Below the pieces are notes generated by a model. It saw only the letters and a list, made by a program, of their open reading frames with translations, searched no databases and was not told where the DNA came from. A program made the translations under genes and the position numbers. From positions 1-64,000 of the IMG/VR virus record IMGVR_UViG_3300047159_000040: DNA of 64,000 nt. One strand, 5' to 3'. Source of the DNA: a virus. Taxonomy: Duplodnaviria; Caudoviricetes. Below are positions 41,264 to 52,542 of this stretch, piece by piece; position 1 is the first letter of the stretch; the number at the start of each line of letters is the position of its first letter.

Positions 41264-43681
41264 ATGCCAGATATAAGGCTTCATGACATTCCTCTGGGTA
41301 CTTTCCTGAAGTATTTCACCAGCGACGATTACAGCAAAGAATCAAGCACGGCGTATTATGACAACGCCTGCGTTTTCTATAAGAAGAAGGCCGATTATAC
41401 CGTCAATTCCAAGACCGTTTCATATTACAAATACTCGATAATCTACATGCTCAGCAATAACAGCCCGTCGACGTGGATTGCACTTCCATCGAAGACAAAG
41501 GCTTATTTCAATCCTATGGTTATTGAGACGATGAGCAACTATGACTCGGTCATCGACAACGACGCCGCCCAATACAGAACCGGATCGAATGATTCCGTAT
41601 CAGTGACGACTAATCCGGATCAGGTTGACGATTCATATGCTATAGCCGTGAGCAGCAAAGCAGTCTCCGATGTCGGGAACATCTTCATGGAGTCATCTTC
41701 CATAACGCCTTTTCAGTACGAATACCTAAATCTGGACAGCGGACATTGCTATTCGCAAGTTGTTTACGACAGCTCGTCGGCTACGATATATGACGCATCC
41801 ATGCATGACTATTTCACTGACAAATCATTAGATATCATAAAGTCTGGAGTGACGATCTCCGAAATAGCCAACGGCAGCGATTACATGCCTTATAAGATCA
41901 ATGACGCCACATCATACGCTGTGTATCTGAAAGGATCCGTCATAGGAATCCTTTATAAAAACAAAGAGATCGTCATAGCGAAGCGAGATCAACTGACCGA
42001 CGCCATAAGCGTCGTCGGATCCGATGGGGTCAGCACGCTTGAGAGATATGCGGACTCTCTAAGAAAATACTCCGGAATCGGATCTGAGGAAGCCCTCTTG
42101 GCGTCAAAGCTCCTGGACGGGACGTTCGGAATGGTATATGACTATAAGTCAATGTCATTCTGCATAGGATTCGCCGAAACGGCGTCATGCCAGACGCTGT
42201 ACACGAGAAAGCCATATACCGACGATCTTGAGAAATCGGCATATCTCGGGTATCTTCCCGATGACATCGTATCAGGAGAATCAACGAACAAGTCGTACAC
42301 CAGCTACGTCAGAAACGGAATAATAGCCGTTGACTCCAGCTATGGATTCAGAGATCTTGGGTATTGCTCGTCTTATGCCTATTCAGGGGACGATATGACT
42401 TGCGTCATACCTTCGACGATCTATGTGAATTCCGGAGAGATAATCCGGATAAAAAATAAAAAATCCGGATCTGGCGTAGTCAAGGAATTCTACGGAAAGG
42501 TATCATCGATTTCGGCATCGTCGAGCAGCCAGACGATCACGCTAAGCAAAATCACCGTTGGAACCAAAGACACCTGCGACTTCGTCACGGCTAACCTTCC
42601 GCTGTCAGACATGCTTGACGTGTCCAATGAGGTAAGCAACGTAACCGTAACGACGGCTTATCAGTATGACACATCAAAGATAGCATCAGTCATGAATTAC
42701 TTCAATATATCCGGAATGGCGGCGTCATATTCAATATCGATTCCTTTTGAGTTCTCGGATATCGTGGCTTACTTCGGAACGAATGCGATACCGTCTCTTG
42801 AATCTGGATCCAGAGGCTCGCTTCTAAGCGAATACGACGTCTATCAAAGACGCGGAAACGCCATAAATGGCATCATCGATGGAAAGCTTCTCCCAGGATC
42901 CAATGGGTCATTCGCAGGAGATATTTCCTACGGCATGTCAGACAGCCTTCTAAAAATGGATATCATATGCAATGGCATAACGTCATTGCTCGAGAATGAC
43001 CAAGTCAAAACCGATTATGCGTATCCTGCGATTTTCAATAAGCTATCGACGAAATCAAATGCCGTCAAGCTTATCAAGAAAGACAGCTCTTCTTATTCGG
43101 ACTACTCCATCAAAGGTCTCAGCGATTTCGTTGCTGAGGCCAGATCGACTCCGTCTGACATGGCCGAAGCCGATCTAAAGATGCAGAAGATGAACGCCTA
43201 TGCCAGACTGTTCGATTACTACAAAGACCAAACCGATGAGGATATCAAAGGCCGCTATATTGACAGCATCGCCATGAAGAACCACTCTGAGTCAGCTAAT
43301 TCGTCAAGCATAAGCTACTCGCAGTCGGATTCCGCCGATATCAAAAAGAATTATAAGTACCAGACCAAAGACATCGCCGACATGTATGACTCGATTTCGT
43401 CGATGATAAAGTCCGCTTATTCAGAATCATACTCAGACGCTGCCACATACATGGAGTCGGATGACGGATCCGGAAAAGACGTCTCGATCAGGAAATCCTA
43501 TGAGAGATTCATCAAGTCTAAGATAACCGAGGCCATGAAGTTCAACGAGCAGTCTATAGACGAAATGTACGGAAACACGGTTCCTTACGTGTCTCTGTCC
43601 AAGATATCCGCCGATAATTTCGAATCGATCGAGAAGAAGATATTGTCAGGCGATTACAGCATCGCCATAAGAAGGGAATGA
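41264..43681 (+). CDS. putative virion structural protein
   Basis: 805 aa, S/Y/D-rich; the start overlaps the late motif AACAATGAATTATG. Confidence 0.75.
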   Translation: MPDIRLHDIPLGTFLKYFTSDDYSKESSTAYYDNACVFYKKKADYTVNSKTVSYYKYSIIYMLSNNSPSTWIALPSKTKAYFNPMVIETMSNYDSVIDNDAAQYRTGSNDSVSVTTNPDQVDDSYAIAVSSKAVSDVGNIFMESSSITPFQYEYLNLDSGHCYSQVVYDSSSATIYDASMHDYFTDKSLDIIKSGVTISEIANGSDYMPYKINDATSYAVYLKGSVIGILYKNKEIVIAKRDQLTDAISVVGSDGVSTLERYADSLRKYSGIGSEEALLASKLLDGTFGMVYDYKSMSFCIGFAETASCQTLYTRKPYTDDLEKSAYLGYLPDDIVSGESTNKSYTSYVRNGIIAVDSSYGFRDLGYCSSYAYSGDDMTCVIPSTIYVNSGEIIRIKNKKSGSGVVKEFYGKVSSISASSSSQTITLSKITVGTKDTCDFVTANLPLSDMLDVSNEVSNVTVTTAYQYDTSKIASVMNYFNISGMAASYSISIPFEFSDIVAYFGTNAIPSLESGSRGSLLSEYDVYQRRGNAINGIIDGKLLPGSNGSFAGDISYGMSDSLLKMDIICNGITSLLENDQVKTDYAYPAIFNKLSTKSNAVKLIKKDSSSYSDYSIKGLSDFVAEARSTPSDMAEADLKMQKMNAYARLFDYYKDQTDEDIKGRYIDSIAMKNHSESANSSSISYSQSDSADIKKNYKYQTKDIADMYDSISSMIKSAYSESYSDAATYMESDDGSGKDVSIRKSYERFIKSKITEAMKFNEQSIDEMYGNTVPYVSLSKISADNFESIEKKILSGDYSIAIRRE

Positions 43682-43682
43682 C

Positions 43683-43907
43683 ATGGCAAGCACCGTAAGC
43701 ACAACCGCGACTTCAACAACAGGATCATCTTCCACCAAAACGACCGCCGATTACATCGCGGACTATAAAACGGCTTGCAGCGACATGATAGACTCAGCCA
43801 GGGATTATATGTCCGAATATTCGTCCTATTGCACGAAGTCAGGAAAAGACGTCAAGTCGCTTAAGACGAAGATGAAAGAGAAGATAGCCAGAGGAATCTC
43901 GCAATGA
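43683..43907 (+). CDS. hypothetical protein
   Basis: 74-aa ORF coupled to both neighbours. Confidence 0.7.
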   Translation: MASTVSTTATSTTGSSSTKTTADYIADYKTACSDMIDSARDYMSEYSSYCTKSGKDVKSLKTKMKEKIARGISQ

Positions 43908-44566
43908 ATATAAACACCCTTAAGCAATCTATCGTTTCTTATTACGCGGCATCAAATGCCTTCGCCGATGACGAATATTCCGATCAAGACAGAATATTGT
44001 CTTCGTGCATGATGTTCGAATATGCCATGCGGGTGTCGGAATCAGGAAAGTCAGCCACCGCAAGCGATGTCGTTTCGTCATATGCCGACACCTTCTCTGG
44101 AAAGATAATCGATATGCGAGACAGCAGCACCGGATACTGGGAAGCCGCCGACTCATTGAAATCAACTGGGAAAGATGACTTCCTTCAGCTAAACAGCGCC
44201 GAGATATCCAACATATGCGCCATTCTGTCAAACAGCGTGGCAAAAGCTCCGTTCTCCATAAGCAAGTTCGACGAGACCACATACGGATTCTCCGATCTTC
44301 CGATCGACAAGATCTCTTATCTGAATTCGATGCACAACTCGGTAATGGCCACGATAGCGAAGTACTTCGTGTTTTACTTCGGAATAAAAGAATCGGATGT
44401 CCATATCGACTATGCCAGCGATGGGATGTACCCTGGAAGGGAGATCTGGTTCCATATCGATGGGATAAGCCTTCCTAAGATCATCAGATCGATACGGAAT
44501 GACATCGGAATAAGCTTATTCTCATATGAGATAAGATCTGGGTCGATACGGGTGATCGCAGCATAG
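43904..44566 (+). CDS. hypothetical protein
   Basis: 220 aa with an ATGA overlap; followed by a terminator at 44567-44600. Confidence 0.75.
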   Translation: MNINTLKQSIVSYYAASNAFADDEYSDQDRILSSCMMFEYAMRVSESGKSATASDVVSSYADTFSGKIIDMRDSSTGYWEAADSLKSTGKDDFLQLNSAEISNICAILSNSVAKAPFSISKFDETTYGFSDLPIDKISYLNSMHNSVMATIAKYFVFYFGIKESDVHIDYASDGMYPGREIWFHIDGISLPKIIRSIRNDIGISLFSYEIRSGSIRVIAA

Positions 44567-44599
44567 AAAAAGCGGAATGCCGAAGCACTCCGCTTTATT

Positions 44600-45778
44600 T
44601 TATTTTTTCGGAGACGCCGATATCGACGGAGGCATAAGCTCTGTTATGTCCGTTGGGGCTGAGCTGATCTGAGACAGCTTCTTCGCCTTACCGCTTTCGA
44701 CGTCTTTGATGGCCTGCTCAGGAACGGCATCTTGCTGAGCCTGAGCCGGAACGGCGTATTTCGCATTAAGACGGCGCAGGATCTGATCCCAGGTTTCGAT
44801 CTCCGATTCGAATCCGCAGGACGATCTTGCGATCTGTCTCTCGGTGTCTTTGAGATCAAGCACCTCGTTATGGGCGCATCTTTCGAACGCATCCTGATAC
44901 TTCAGGACGAAGTCATAGAAGATCTTCTCGTCTTCCTCGCGAAGCTTGGCGGCTTCCGGATCTGGGTTGTTCCAGAATGGGCATTGCAGCAAGTAATAGA
45001 CGTAGAACATCGCCCCGATGACGTGAAGATCGCGTCCAGGGGTATGGCGTCTGTCGTATTCGGCGACGAGAAGCTCGGTCGATTTGATGAGCTCCGGGAT
45101 CGCTTCCATGAGGAATCCGAACTTCGATTTGCGCTTGGTTGTGCTGTTCGGGTTATAGACCCAGACATACGTCGCGCATTCGAACATGATCTGATCCTTG
45201 GTGCATGCCAAGACGAGGGAATTGTAATAGGAGTCCTCATGATGGCGAAGCTCTTTCGGGAATCTGAAGTTGCCTTCGACGAGGAATTGACGCCTCCAGA
45301 ATCTGCCATGGAGGAACGTGTTGTCGGGATTGTGCCGATAGAAAACGGTGTCTCCGGTTTTGGGATCGATGATCTGCTCGATGAAATACGAGTTGACGAT
45401 GTCGTGGAAGCTGTCTTGATTCTTGACGAACTGCTGGAATTCGCGCATCTCGGTGATCGTGCAAAGGCAGTCGTCCGCATCGACGAAGAACACATAATCT
45501 GCATGCGATGCGTCGATTCCGTCTTGCCGCATGGTTCCAGGACCGCAGTCTTCAGTGCGGATGATCTGGGTGAAAGTCGTTCCTGAAATGTTGTTGCGGA
45601 ACTGATCAAGATACTTCTCGCTGACGGGATCGCCTCCGCCGTCGGTAACGAGGATGACCCCAAGGGTCTTGTATTTGATTCCGATCTGAGACGCAAGCAT
45701 GGAGAAGAGGCCGAACATCTGAGCCTCGGTCTCTTTGTAATGCGGGATGATGACGTCAATCGTAGGTGTGTCTGCCAT
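44600..45778 (-). CDS. glycosyltransferase family 2
   Basis: IDVIIPHYKE, LVTDGG, GPGTMRQDGID, YVFFVDADD (DxD) and HEDSYY are GT-A fold motifs. Confidence 0.9.
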   Translation of the reverse strand: MADTPTIDVIIPHYKETEAQMFGLFSMLASQIGIKYKTLGVILVTDGGGDPVSEKYLDQFRNNISGTTFTQIIRTEDCGPGTMRQDGIDASHADYVFFVDADDCLCTITEMREFQQFVKNQDSFHDIVNSYFIEQIIDPKTGDTVFYRHNPDNTFLHGRFWRRQFLVEGNFRFPKELRHHEDSYYNSLVLACTKDQIMFECATYVWVYNPNSTTKRKSKFGFLMEAIPELIKSTELLVAEYDRRHTPGRDLHVIGAMFYVYYLLQCPFWNNPDPEAAKLREEDEKIFYDFVLKYQDAFERCAHNEVLDLKDTERQIARSSCGFESEIETWDQILRRLNAKYAVPAQAQQDAVPEQAIKDVESGKAKKLSQISSAPTDITELMPPSISASPKK

Positions 45779-45815
45779 TAAATTAGTCCTTCTTCAAAGA
45801 TATTCTAATCTTCGC

Positions 45816-46577
45816 CTATTTCGTTTGCAACGGGAAGATTTTATTTATTTTTTCCGCATATAGGCGATTCTGCTCGTCGGTGAGCTTCGGATCCTGCATG
45901 AGGATCTCAAGGCGGGAGACCACGTTGTCGGCGAACAGCTCGCAGTTCTCTTTGCGTTTGCGGCGAAGGCAGCATTCCTCAAACGAATGGAAGAAATCAT
46001 GGATTCTCGGGATGATCGTGACGAGGGCGTCCTCATGCGATTTGATCGCCGAATAATCAAGCCCTTTGACGATTCCGGATTCGACGAACTTCTTGGTGTC
46101 GTAGAAATCTGGCTTTGAGAAAGGGGAAGCCGCCATCTTGGCGATGACGTTCAATTCCTTGGCCTCGACGACTTGGGTGTGAGCCTGGCGCTTCGAAGGA
46201 TCCTTTCCTCCATTCTTGAGCAGGCTTGCCTTGGCCACCGAATACGTGGCGTCCAGAGACTGAAGCCTGAACATCCACGCATTGATCGGCATTGGGTTTG
46301 ACTTGCCTTTCGGATCGAGGATGAGATCGGGATTCTCTTTCTTGAATTCTTCGAATCCGGAAACGCTGCGATTGGAGATGATGTAGTACATCTCCGTTTG
46401 CTGGGCGGCGTTCATCGCCGGAATGAATCTTCGAAGTCTGAGAACCGCGCTCATGGCTTTGTCTCCATCGTCTTCTTTGTCGATCTTCTCCAAGAAATCG
46501 ACGAGCTTGAAAAAGACGTCCGAGGACAGATCTTTCAATTTGTCGCTATTGGCTGGATTAGGATTTTGTTGTTCCAT
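45816..46577 (-). CDS. hypothetical protein
   Basis: ORF 45816..46604, with likely start MEQQ at 46577 just after the upstream stop. Confidence 0.75.
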   Translation of the reverse strand: MEQQNPNPANSDKLKDLSSDVFFKLVDFLEKIDKEDDGDKAMSAVLRLRRFIPAMNAAQQTEMYYIISNRSVSGFEEFKKENPDLILDPKGKSNPMPINAWMFRLQSLDATYSVAKASLLKNGGKDPSKRQAHTQVVEAKELNVIAKMAASPFSKPDFYDTKKFVESGIVKGLDYSAIKSHEDALVTIIPRIHDFFHSFEECCLRRKRKENCELFADNVVSRLEILMQDPKLTDEQNRLYAEKINKIFPLQTK

Positions 46578-46581
46578 TGGA

Positions 46582-47427
46582 TTACCCCGCGATGCTGAGA
46601 TCATCGAGAATGACCATTCTCAGGTCGTTCTTGAAGTTAGAGAACGCCGACGGATCATTGAGCACGGACAGATAGAGATCAGCCGCATCCTGGTCGTCGA
46701 CGATGGCGATTCCGGATCCGTAGTTGTCCAGGAGCTCGAGCAGCCTGGAATTGTACTCTTCGTACATATCCATGTTGGCGATCTGGTGGAATAGATCGGT
46801 TCCGCTGTCGATATTCGATTTGATGTCGTCGACCATCTCAGGCATGAAGTGGATGAGGATGGCCAGATCATAGTTCTTGAACTTCTTCTTGTCTTGCTGC
46901 ATGAAGAGGTCGTCGACGTACTCAGAGCTCTGGGAGATCGTCTTATAGCGGTCGATGAACTCGTCTTCGCGCTCTTCGAGCTTGGATCTGAAGTAGTCCA
47001 GGAGATTCTGATAGTTGCGGACGAAGAAGAACTCATAGAGGGTTTCGAGATGATCGAGGGTGTCTTCGGTTGAAACGATGCTGAGATCATCGCCGGTGCA
47101 GACGGCGTATTTCTTGCGGAGGCCGTCATTGACAAGCGAAGCGAGCTCGGCGACGTCGTCTTTCATCGCCGCGAGCTCATCGTCTCCGGCACCATTGGCC
47201 AAACGGAGATACTTCTCTTTGAAGTTGGTGACGTAGTTGATTCTTGTGTTGGTCGGAGTTTTCTCGTCGATGATGTCCGAGATGTTGTCAAAGATGATGT
47301 CTTTTGACAGCTCATCCTCGATATTGAGGATCCTGGTGGCCGTGTCATAAACCTCGGTGTCAAGATACGTGCTCGCATAGCTCTTATTGGTAGGAATAGC
47401 CGATTCGGATTTGTTTTCTTCTTCCAT
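46582..47427 (-). CDS. acidic hypothetical protein downstream of the terminase
   Basis: 281-aa ORF in the terminase operon. Confidence 0.8.
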   Translation of the reverse strand: MEEENKSESAIPTNKSYASTYLDTEVYDTATRILNIEDELSKDIIFDNISDIIDEKTPTNTRINYVTNFKEKYLRLANGAGDDELAAMKDDVAELASLVNDGLRKKYAVCTGDDLSIVSTEDTLDHLETLYEFFFVRNYQNLLDYFRSKLEEREDEFIDRYKTISQSSEYVDDLFMQQDKKKFKNYDLAILIHFMPEMVDDIKSNIDSGTDLFHQIANMDMYEEYNSRLLELLDNYGSGIAIVDDQDAADLYLSVLNDPSAFSNFKNDLRMVILDDLSIAG

Positions 47428-47467
47428 GGCAGATTGCCCTCTATGATGGATTTATTTAATTATTTCC

Positions 47468-49462
47468 CTAATTATTGTCGTCGTTGCCGTTCATGTCGCA
47501 GATCGATCTGAAGAACGATGAGTCATCGCTGGATTTGTCAGGTCCTTTCTTTGAGGCGGCTAAGTCGGAGTTGATCTTATGCTGGTCTTCGACGATAGCC
47601 TGAGACCAGTATCCTCCGAGCGATCCTCCAGCCATGACGTTCTCGTTCTGGATGATCGTTTTGACCATTGCCCTTGAGTCAGCCGATCCGGCTCCTCTGG
47701 CATTGGCTTCGGTTGCGATGGCGCTGATATGATAAAGCTTCTGGAAGTTCTGGCCGTACTGAAGGGCGTATCTGAAAATAAGATAGCTCATCAAAACGTC
47801 GTCGTGCTCGCCGGTGGCAGCCTCTATCTTGCCATTGCGCCCTCTGGCTAGGTTCTTGATGTCGTCGTACAGCCATGGCGAGACGATCTTGTCGTATTCG
47901 TCAGCGACGATTCCTCCAAGAAGATCATACATCGCCGCACGGGACTCTTTCGTAGTATCGACGCCATAGACGATCGTCTTGGTCTTTCTCTTGACGGTCA
48001 ATCCGCTGACCTGGGTCTTCTCGGCTTGCTTATCCTTGGTCTCGCGATAAATTCGCGGCTCAAGCTCCGGGTCTTTGATCAGAGCGTCCAGAATATTAAG
48101 TCCATAGCTGTTCTTTTCGACAACCAATATCGCATGATTGAAGAAAAGCTTCATCAGAGTCTTTATGAGATTCTTGAACTCTTCGGTGTCGATTCTCGAG
48201 TTCTTGAAGCATCCGACCATATGGAAATCAATCGGGCTTATGATCGAGATAACCGAGTTATCTTGAGAAAGTCCGCCCGATACGTCGCAGCTAAGGATGT
48301 AGTTCATCGACAGATCCGGATCTTCGTAGAATTCGATTCCGTATCCGCTTACGTTAAGATGAAGCTTCGGCTGTTTGACATAGTGATAGATCCTATCAAG
48401 CTGGTCTTCTGAGAAGACGTTGTTGACGTCGGTCTTCGGCCATTCGAGAAGGAAGTCTCTCTTGAGAATGAACGTGTCGTTGAGCTCACGGGCCTTGGCT
48501 TGGATCCAAGTCTCGGAGTATCCGAGCGCCTTATAATCGTACTCTATATAGACGATATCGTTGCTTGATGTCTTCTTGATGTAATCCTCAAGCTCGGCAT
48601 CGGTCATGTCGTACATTCTCTCGTCGAATCTGGCCGAGCTTCCGATGATCGTGTTCTTGACGTATTCGCCAGTCGATCCCTTATAGATGTTTCCAGGGGT
48701 CGTCGTGATCGATATGCCGCGAGGGCCGCCAGTGCTCTTGGCTATTTCAGCTGCCTTAGACCAAGCCGGGACTGCCGCGCCCCAAATGGTCTTATTGTGC
48801 GCCATGAAGGCGATTTCGTCGAGATAAAGAAACGGGACGGTAAGTCCGCGTCCGATCTTATCCGCCATCTCATCGCTTGAGGCCGATGCCTTGCATACCA
48901 TGACGTTATTTAGTTTGGCGGTGCGCTTAGACTCCATGTTATCCGTGTCGCTGTCGCTTCCGACTATGGCAAGAAGCCATTTGGGGAGCAACTCGCGGAT
49001 GTCCTTATAGCGTCTAAGGTTCTCCAAGGCGTTGTCGCTTTGCTTGTTGAGATAGACGAAAGTGCTGTTCTCGGCTCCGAAGTTCATCAGCCAAGTGTCG
49101 TAGGCGATCGTGCCGATGGTCTTTCCTGCCTGACGCATGAGAATGGCTATGAAGTTTATGCTCTTCCATTTGCAGAAGCTGATCGCAAGGTTTCCCAAAT
49201 TAAGGCCGTATCGGGATCCGCCTGTTACGTTAGGCTGAGGTATTCTGACTACTTCCCTTAGATAATACCAAGGATTTCTGATGATCTCGTTGAAGATCTT
49301 GACTTGCTGCTCCATCGTGAGATTCGCAGAGAAAGGATCAACTCCGACAAGAGAGCTGTCATACAAGGCAAGCATGAATTTGTTGTTATTGATGCCCTTT
49401 AGTCTGAGAACCTTCGAGACTTCGAGGAACGATAAGTTTTTGGTTGTTGTGTCGTAAATCAT
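47468..49462 (-). CDS. terL: terminase large subunit
   Basis: Walker A MRQAGKT, Walker B LYLDEIAF, motif III ITTTPG, and nuclease motifs SCDVSGG, VVEKNSYG and HDDVLM. Confidence 0.93.
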   Translation of the reverse strand: MIYDTTTKNLSFLEVSKVLRLKGINNNKFMLALYDSSLVGVDPFSANLTMEQQVKIFNEIIRNPWYYLREVVRIPQPNVTGGSRYGLNLGNLAISFCKWKSINFIAILMRQAGKTIGTIAYDTWLMNFGAENSTFVYLNKQSDNALENLRRYKDIRELLPKWLLAIVGSDSDTDNMESKRTAKLNNVMVCKASASSDEMADKIGRGLTVPFLYLDEIAFMAHNKTIWGAAVPAWSKAAEIAKSTGGPRGISITTTPGNIYKGSTGEYVKNTIIGSSARFDERMYDMTDAELEDYIKKTSSNDIVYIEYDYKALGYSETWIQAKARELNDTFILKRDFLLEWPKTDVNNVFSEDQLDRIYHYVKQPKLHLNVSGYGIEFYEDPDLSMNYILSCDVSGGLSQDNSVISIISPIDFHMVGCFKNSRIDTEEFKNLIKTLMKLFFNHAILVVEKNSYGLNILDALIKDPELEPRIYRETKDKQAEKTQVSGLTVKRKTKTIVYGVDTTKESRAAMYDLLGGIVADEYDKIVSPWLYDDIKNLARGRNGKIEAATGEHDDVLMSYLIFRYALQYGQNFQKLYHISAIATEANARGAGSADSRAMVKTIIQNENVMAGGSLGGYWSQAIVEDQHKINSDLAASKKGPDKSSDDSSFFRSICDMNGNDDNN

Positions 49463-49630
49463 GATGTTTGTCCGAAAATTATTTTTATTTCGGCGTGGCT
49501 AATGATTTGTTGAAGCCATTTTAGCCAAAAATGTAGATCCCGACCCCTCCGCCTGACGAACAATTGATTATAGAAAATCGGCGAATTCCCATGATTGGGC
49601 CATCGCAAGATATCCGGAGGACCAGATATA

Positions 49631-51613
49631 ATGTCAAATACATACACGTTTCCGCATGTGAATGTCACTTCTTACGCGAAGATTCACGCAGCGGCCGAAG
49701 CCGAGGAGAGCACTGCAACCACGATGTTCGCTCCGTTCGTTTCGTCAAAAGGACCGGAGAACACCATCGTCAAAGTGGCCACTTATTCCGACTTCGTTTC
49801 GATGTTCGGAACCCTGGATTTCAAAGATCAGGGGCAAATGGTTCTCAATATCGGCCAGTGGCTCACCGGAGGCGGAGTCGTATACGCTTATCGTATGACG
49901 AAGGCCGCGACGAGCTATACCGCCGACCTTGAATGCAAGAAAGAGAAGAATACCAGCGGCGCAACCGTTTTCAATTATTATGCCGAGGTCAATGACAGCA
50001 GCACTTCGATTCAGATCAGCGGAATCGGAATCGGCCTTAAGCTGCATTCCGAAAGCGCTGATGCGATTCCTTATCTCACTTATACGATAATCGAGTCCGG
50101 ATCTTCTTCTGACACTGGCATAGTCGCCGGGTCTGTCGGAGTGAAAACCACCGACGACTCTTATAGCACGAAGCTTTCCGCTCTTTACGTGTCGCTCGGA
50201 GAAAGCGAAGGAACCACCGGAGAAACGGCTGCTTCATCAACCAACTATGGCGTTTCGCAAATCAAGATAAGAAACAGCAAATACTACCTCATCTTGAACA
50301 ACGAGTCGATCTTAAGGGATACCAATGTGTCGGTTTCCGATGCCATAAGCGCCAAGCTTGCCATCACGACTGGAACTGATGTCTTGGTCGGAGGAGTTGA
50401 TTCTGGAATCAAAGTCCTCGCCGATGGGATCAAAGCTTCAGGAACCTGCTACGACTATATCACTAAGGCCGCCAGAAAGGATACCATCACCGCCAAGTAC
50501 AGCGGAACGTATTACAACGGAGTGAGCGTTCGCATCATCGGAACGTCTGACACCGCGATGACAATTTACGTCTACGTCAATGGAAGCGACTATCCTGTCG
50601 AATCGTATAAGGGAATCACCAAAGACACCTTATACAAAGTCAGCGACGCATCCGATTATGTCGGAGCGATCAAACTTGATTCCACCACCGGAATAACCAC
50701 GAGCCTCTCGATCAAAGCCGACTTGTCTGGAGGAACCGATATCAGCTACAGCGAGGATCTCATGATCAGCGCCGTCGAAGAAGGACTTAAGTCAAGGCTT
50801 GAGACTCCTGTCGACGTGTTCCTCGATCCTGGATATTCGTTCGACTCCAAGATTCGCCTTATCGACGAATTCTGCGGAACGACCGATACCACCGCCCCAA
50901 GAGATGATGTCACGCTCGTCTTGTCTGAATACGCCTATGATCTGACCGACGGATCCATGAAAGACGCGATGTCGTCATTCAGCTGGCCTACTTCATATGA
51001 CGGAGTCATCATGGATTACACCAACTGCTCGATGTACGATCAGTATCTCGTGGTCGTCGATAAATACTCTGCTTCTCAAGGAAGCGAGGTTTACGTGACT
51101 CCGACTTATTTCCTTGCCAATCTTCTTCCGTACAACGACGCGGTCTATGGACTGCAATGGCCGACCGCCGGGCTTTCGAGAGGAGTCCTTCCGAACAGCG
51201 ATGTGAAAGCCATCAATGCCGTTTTATCAAACGCCGAGAAGCAATCTGACTTCGATTCCGCCATCAACTACATCGAAAAAGATTCTCGCCATTATGCGTT
51301 TATGTGCCAGAGAACCGGAGTTCAGGACAATACAGCTCTTCAGTATCTCAACAACGCCCGTGTCCTCAAGAGAATGGCGCGTGAGCTTGATTCCCTCGCA
51401 AGAGGATATCTGCACGAGTTCCTCGACGCCGAGACCATTCAGATCGTCAACAAGACTCTCAATAACTACGTCGCTAACTGGGTTTCCAACAGAACTCTTA
51501 CTTATGGCAACGTAAGCGTCGCTGCCGAAGGTGACAACGCCTTGGGAATCGATTTGGATGTCAAGTTCGCAGGAACCATCGAGCTCATCAATGTCAGAAT
51601 CGTCGTCGAATAG
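49631..51613 (+). CDS. contractile tail sheath protein
   Basis: N-terminus TFPHVNV...FAPFVSSKGP...TYSDFVSMFG; WPTAGLSRG; LQYLNNARVL...HEFLD; C-terminal VKFAGTIELINVRIVVE. Confidence 0.88.
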   Translation: MSNTYTFPHVNVTSYAKIHAAAEAEESTATTMFAPFVSSKGPENTIVKVATYSDFVSMFGTLDFKDQGQMVLNIGQWLTGGGVVYAYRMTKAATSYTADLECKKEKNTSGATVFNYYAEVNDSSTSIQISGIGIGLKLHSESADAIPYLTYTIIESGSSSDTGIVAGSVGVKTTDDSYSTKLSALYVSLGESEGTTGETAASSTNYGVSQIKIRNSKYYLILNNESILRDTNVSVSDAISAKLAITTGTDVLVGGVDSGIKVLADGIKASGTCYDYITKAARKDTITAKYSGTYYNGVSVRIIGTSDTAMTIYVYVNGSDYPVESYKGITKDTLYKVSDASDYVGAIKLDSTTGITTSLSIKADLSGGTDISYSEDLMISAVEEGLKSRLETPVDVFLDPGYSFDSKIRLIDEFCGTTDTTAPRDDVTLVLSEYAYDLTDGSMKDAMSSFSWPTSYDGVIMDYTNCSMYDQYLVVVDKYSASQGSEVYVTPTYFLANLLPYNDAVYGLQWPTAGLSRGVLPNSDVKAINAVLSNAEKQSDFDSAINYIEKDSRHYAFMCQRTGVQDNTALQYLNNARVLKRMARELDSLARGYLHEFLDAETIQIVNKTLNNYVANWVSNRTLTYGNVSVAAEGDNALGIDLDVKFAGTIELINVRIVVE

Positions 51614-51687
51614 TCGATTTCTGGCTTGAACAAGAGATTATACGCGCACTTTATTAATGTTTAGCTATTTCATCGGAGGCATCGACA

Positions 51688-52521
51688 ATGGCTGATGCAA
51701 AAAAGATTATATTCGCCGACAGGAAAGACAACCCGCTCGACTCCGTGGTTGGAGCTACAAGCCCGTTCATGACCGGCGAAACGGATACCCTTACGCCTGT
51801 TCTTGACCCGATGGTCAACGGGTATTCGTTCATCTACTGGGTTGAACTGCCTTCGTGGTTCGAGAAAGATCCTGACCTCAAATACTTCAAGATCCTCTCT
51901 CAGAAGAACTTCAAAGCCTTCCAGAACATTGCGGATATCGATCTTCAGTCGACCCCGCATCAGACCGGATTCGCTGGCAATGAAGTCGATACGATCACCG
52001 GCATTCAGAGAAACAACACCGAATTCTCGATGCGCCATATCGAATACAGCGGCGGCGTCATGAGAAAGATGTATCAGAAGTGGATCTCTTATATCCGTGA
52101 TCCGCAGACGGGAATCGCGACTTATCCTAAGCTGTTCAACGTCGAATACGGCGCCCGCAACCATACCGGGCAGCTGCTCTACGTTCAGACCAGACCGGAT
52201 GCCACCAATACCTCAAGCGACATCATCGAATACGCAGCGTTCTATTCCAACGTCTTCCCGACCAACATCCCGCTGTCGGCTCTGTACAACTATGAGCTTG
52301 GCCAGCAAGAAAGCCCGGAGATCGATATCACCTTCAAAGGATTCCCGACCATTTCGCCTGAAGTCGAGACCTACGCCAAGAAAGTGATGAAAGAGAACGT
52401 CATCTACAACGGATCCAACAACGGCATCGCGTTCATCGATTCTCTCAACACCGATGACACCGCCAAGTCCGTCGCTACCGTCGGAACGCTCAAAGACATC
52501 TTCAATCCGTCTTCGAACTGA
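51688..52521 (+). CDS. tail tube protein
   Basis: Follows the sheath gene, with gp19-like YQKWISYIRDP, YAAFYSNVFPTNIP and EIDITFKG. Confidence 0.8.
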   Translation: MADAKKIIFADRKDNPLDSVVGATSPFMTGETDTLTPVLDPMVNGYSFIYWVELPSWFEKDPDLKYFKILSQKNFKAFQNIADIDLQSTPHQTGFAGNEVDTITGIQRNNTEFSMRHIEYSGGVMRKMYQKWISYIRDPQTGIATYPKLFNVEYGARNHTGQLLYVQTRPDATNTSSDIIEYAAFYSNVFPTNIPLSALYNYELGQQESPEIDITFKGFPTISPEVETYAKKVMKENVIYNGSNNGIAFIDSLNTDDTAKSVATVGTLKDIFNPSSN

Positions 52522-52542
52522 TCCGATCATCCAAAGACAAAC

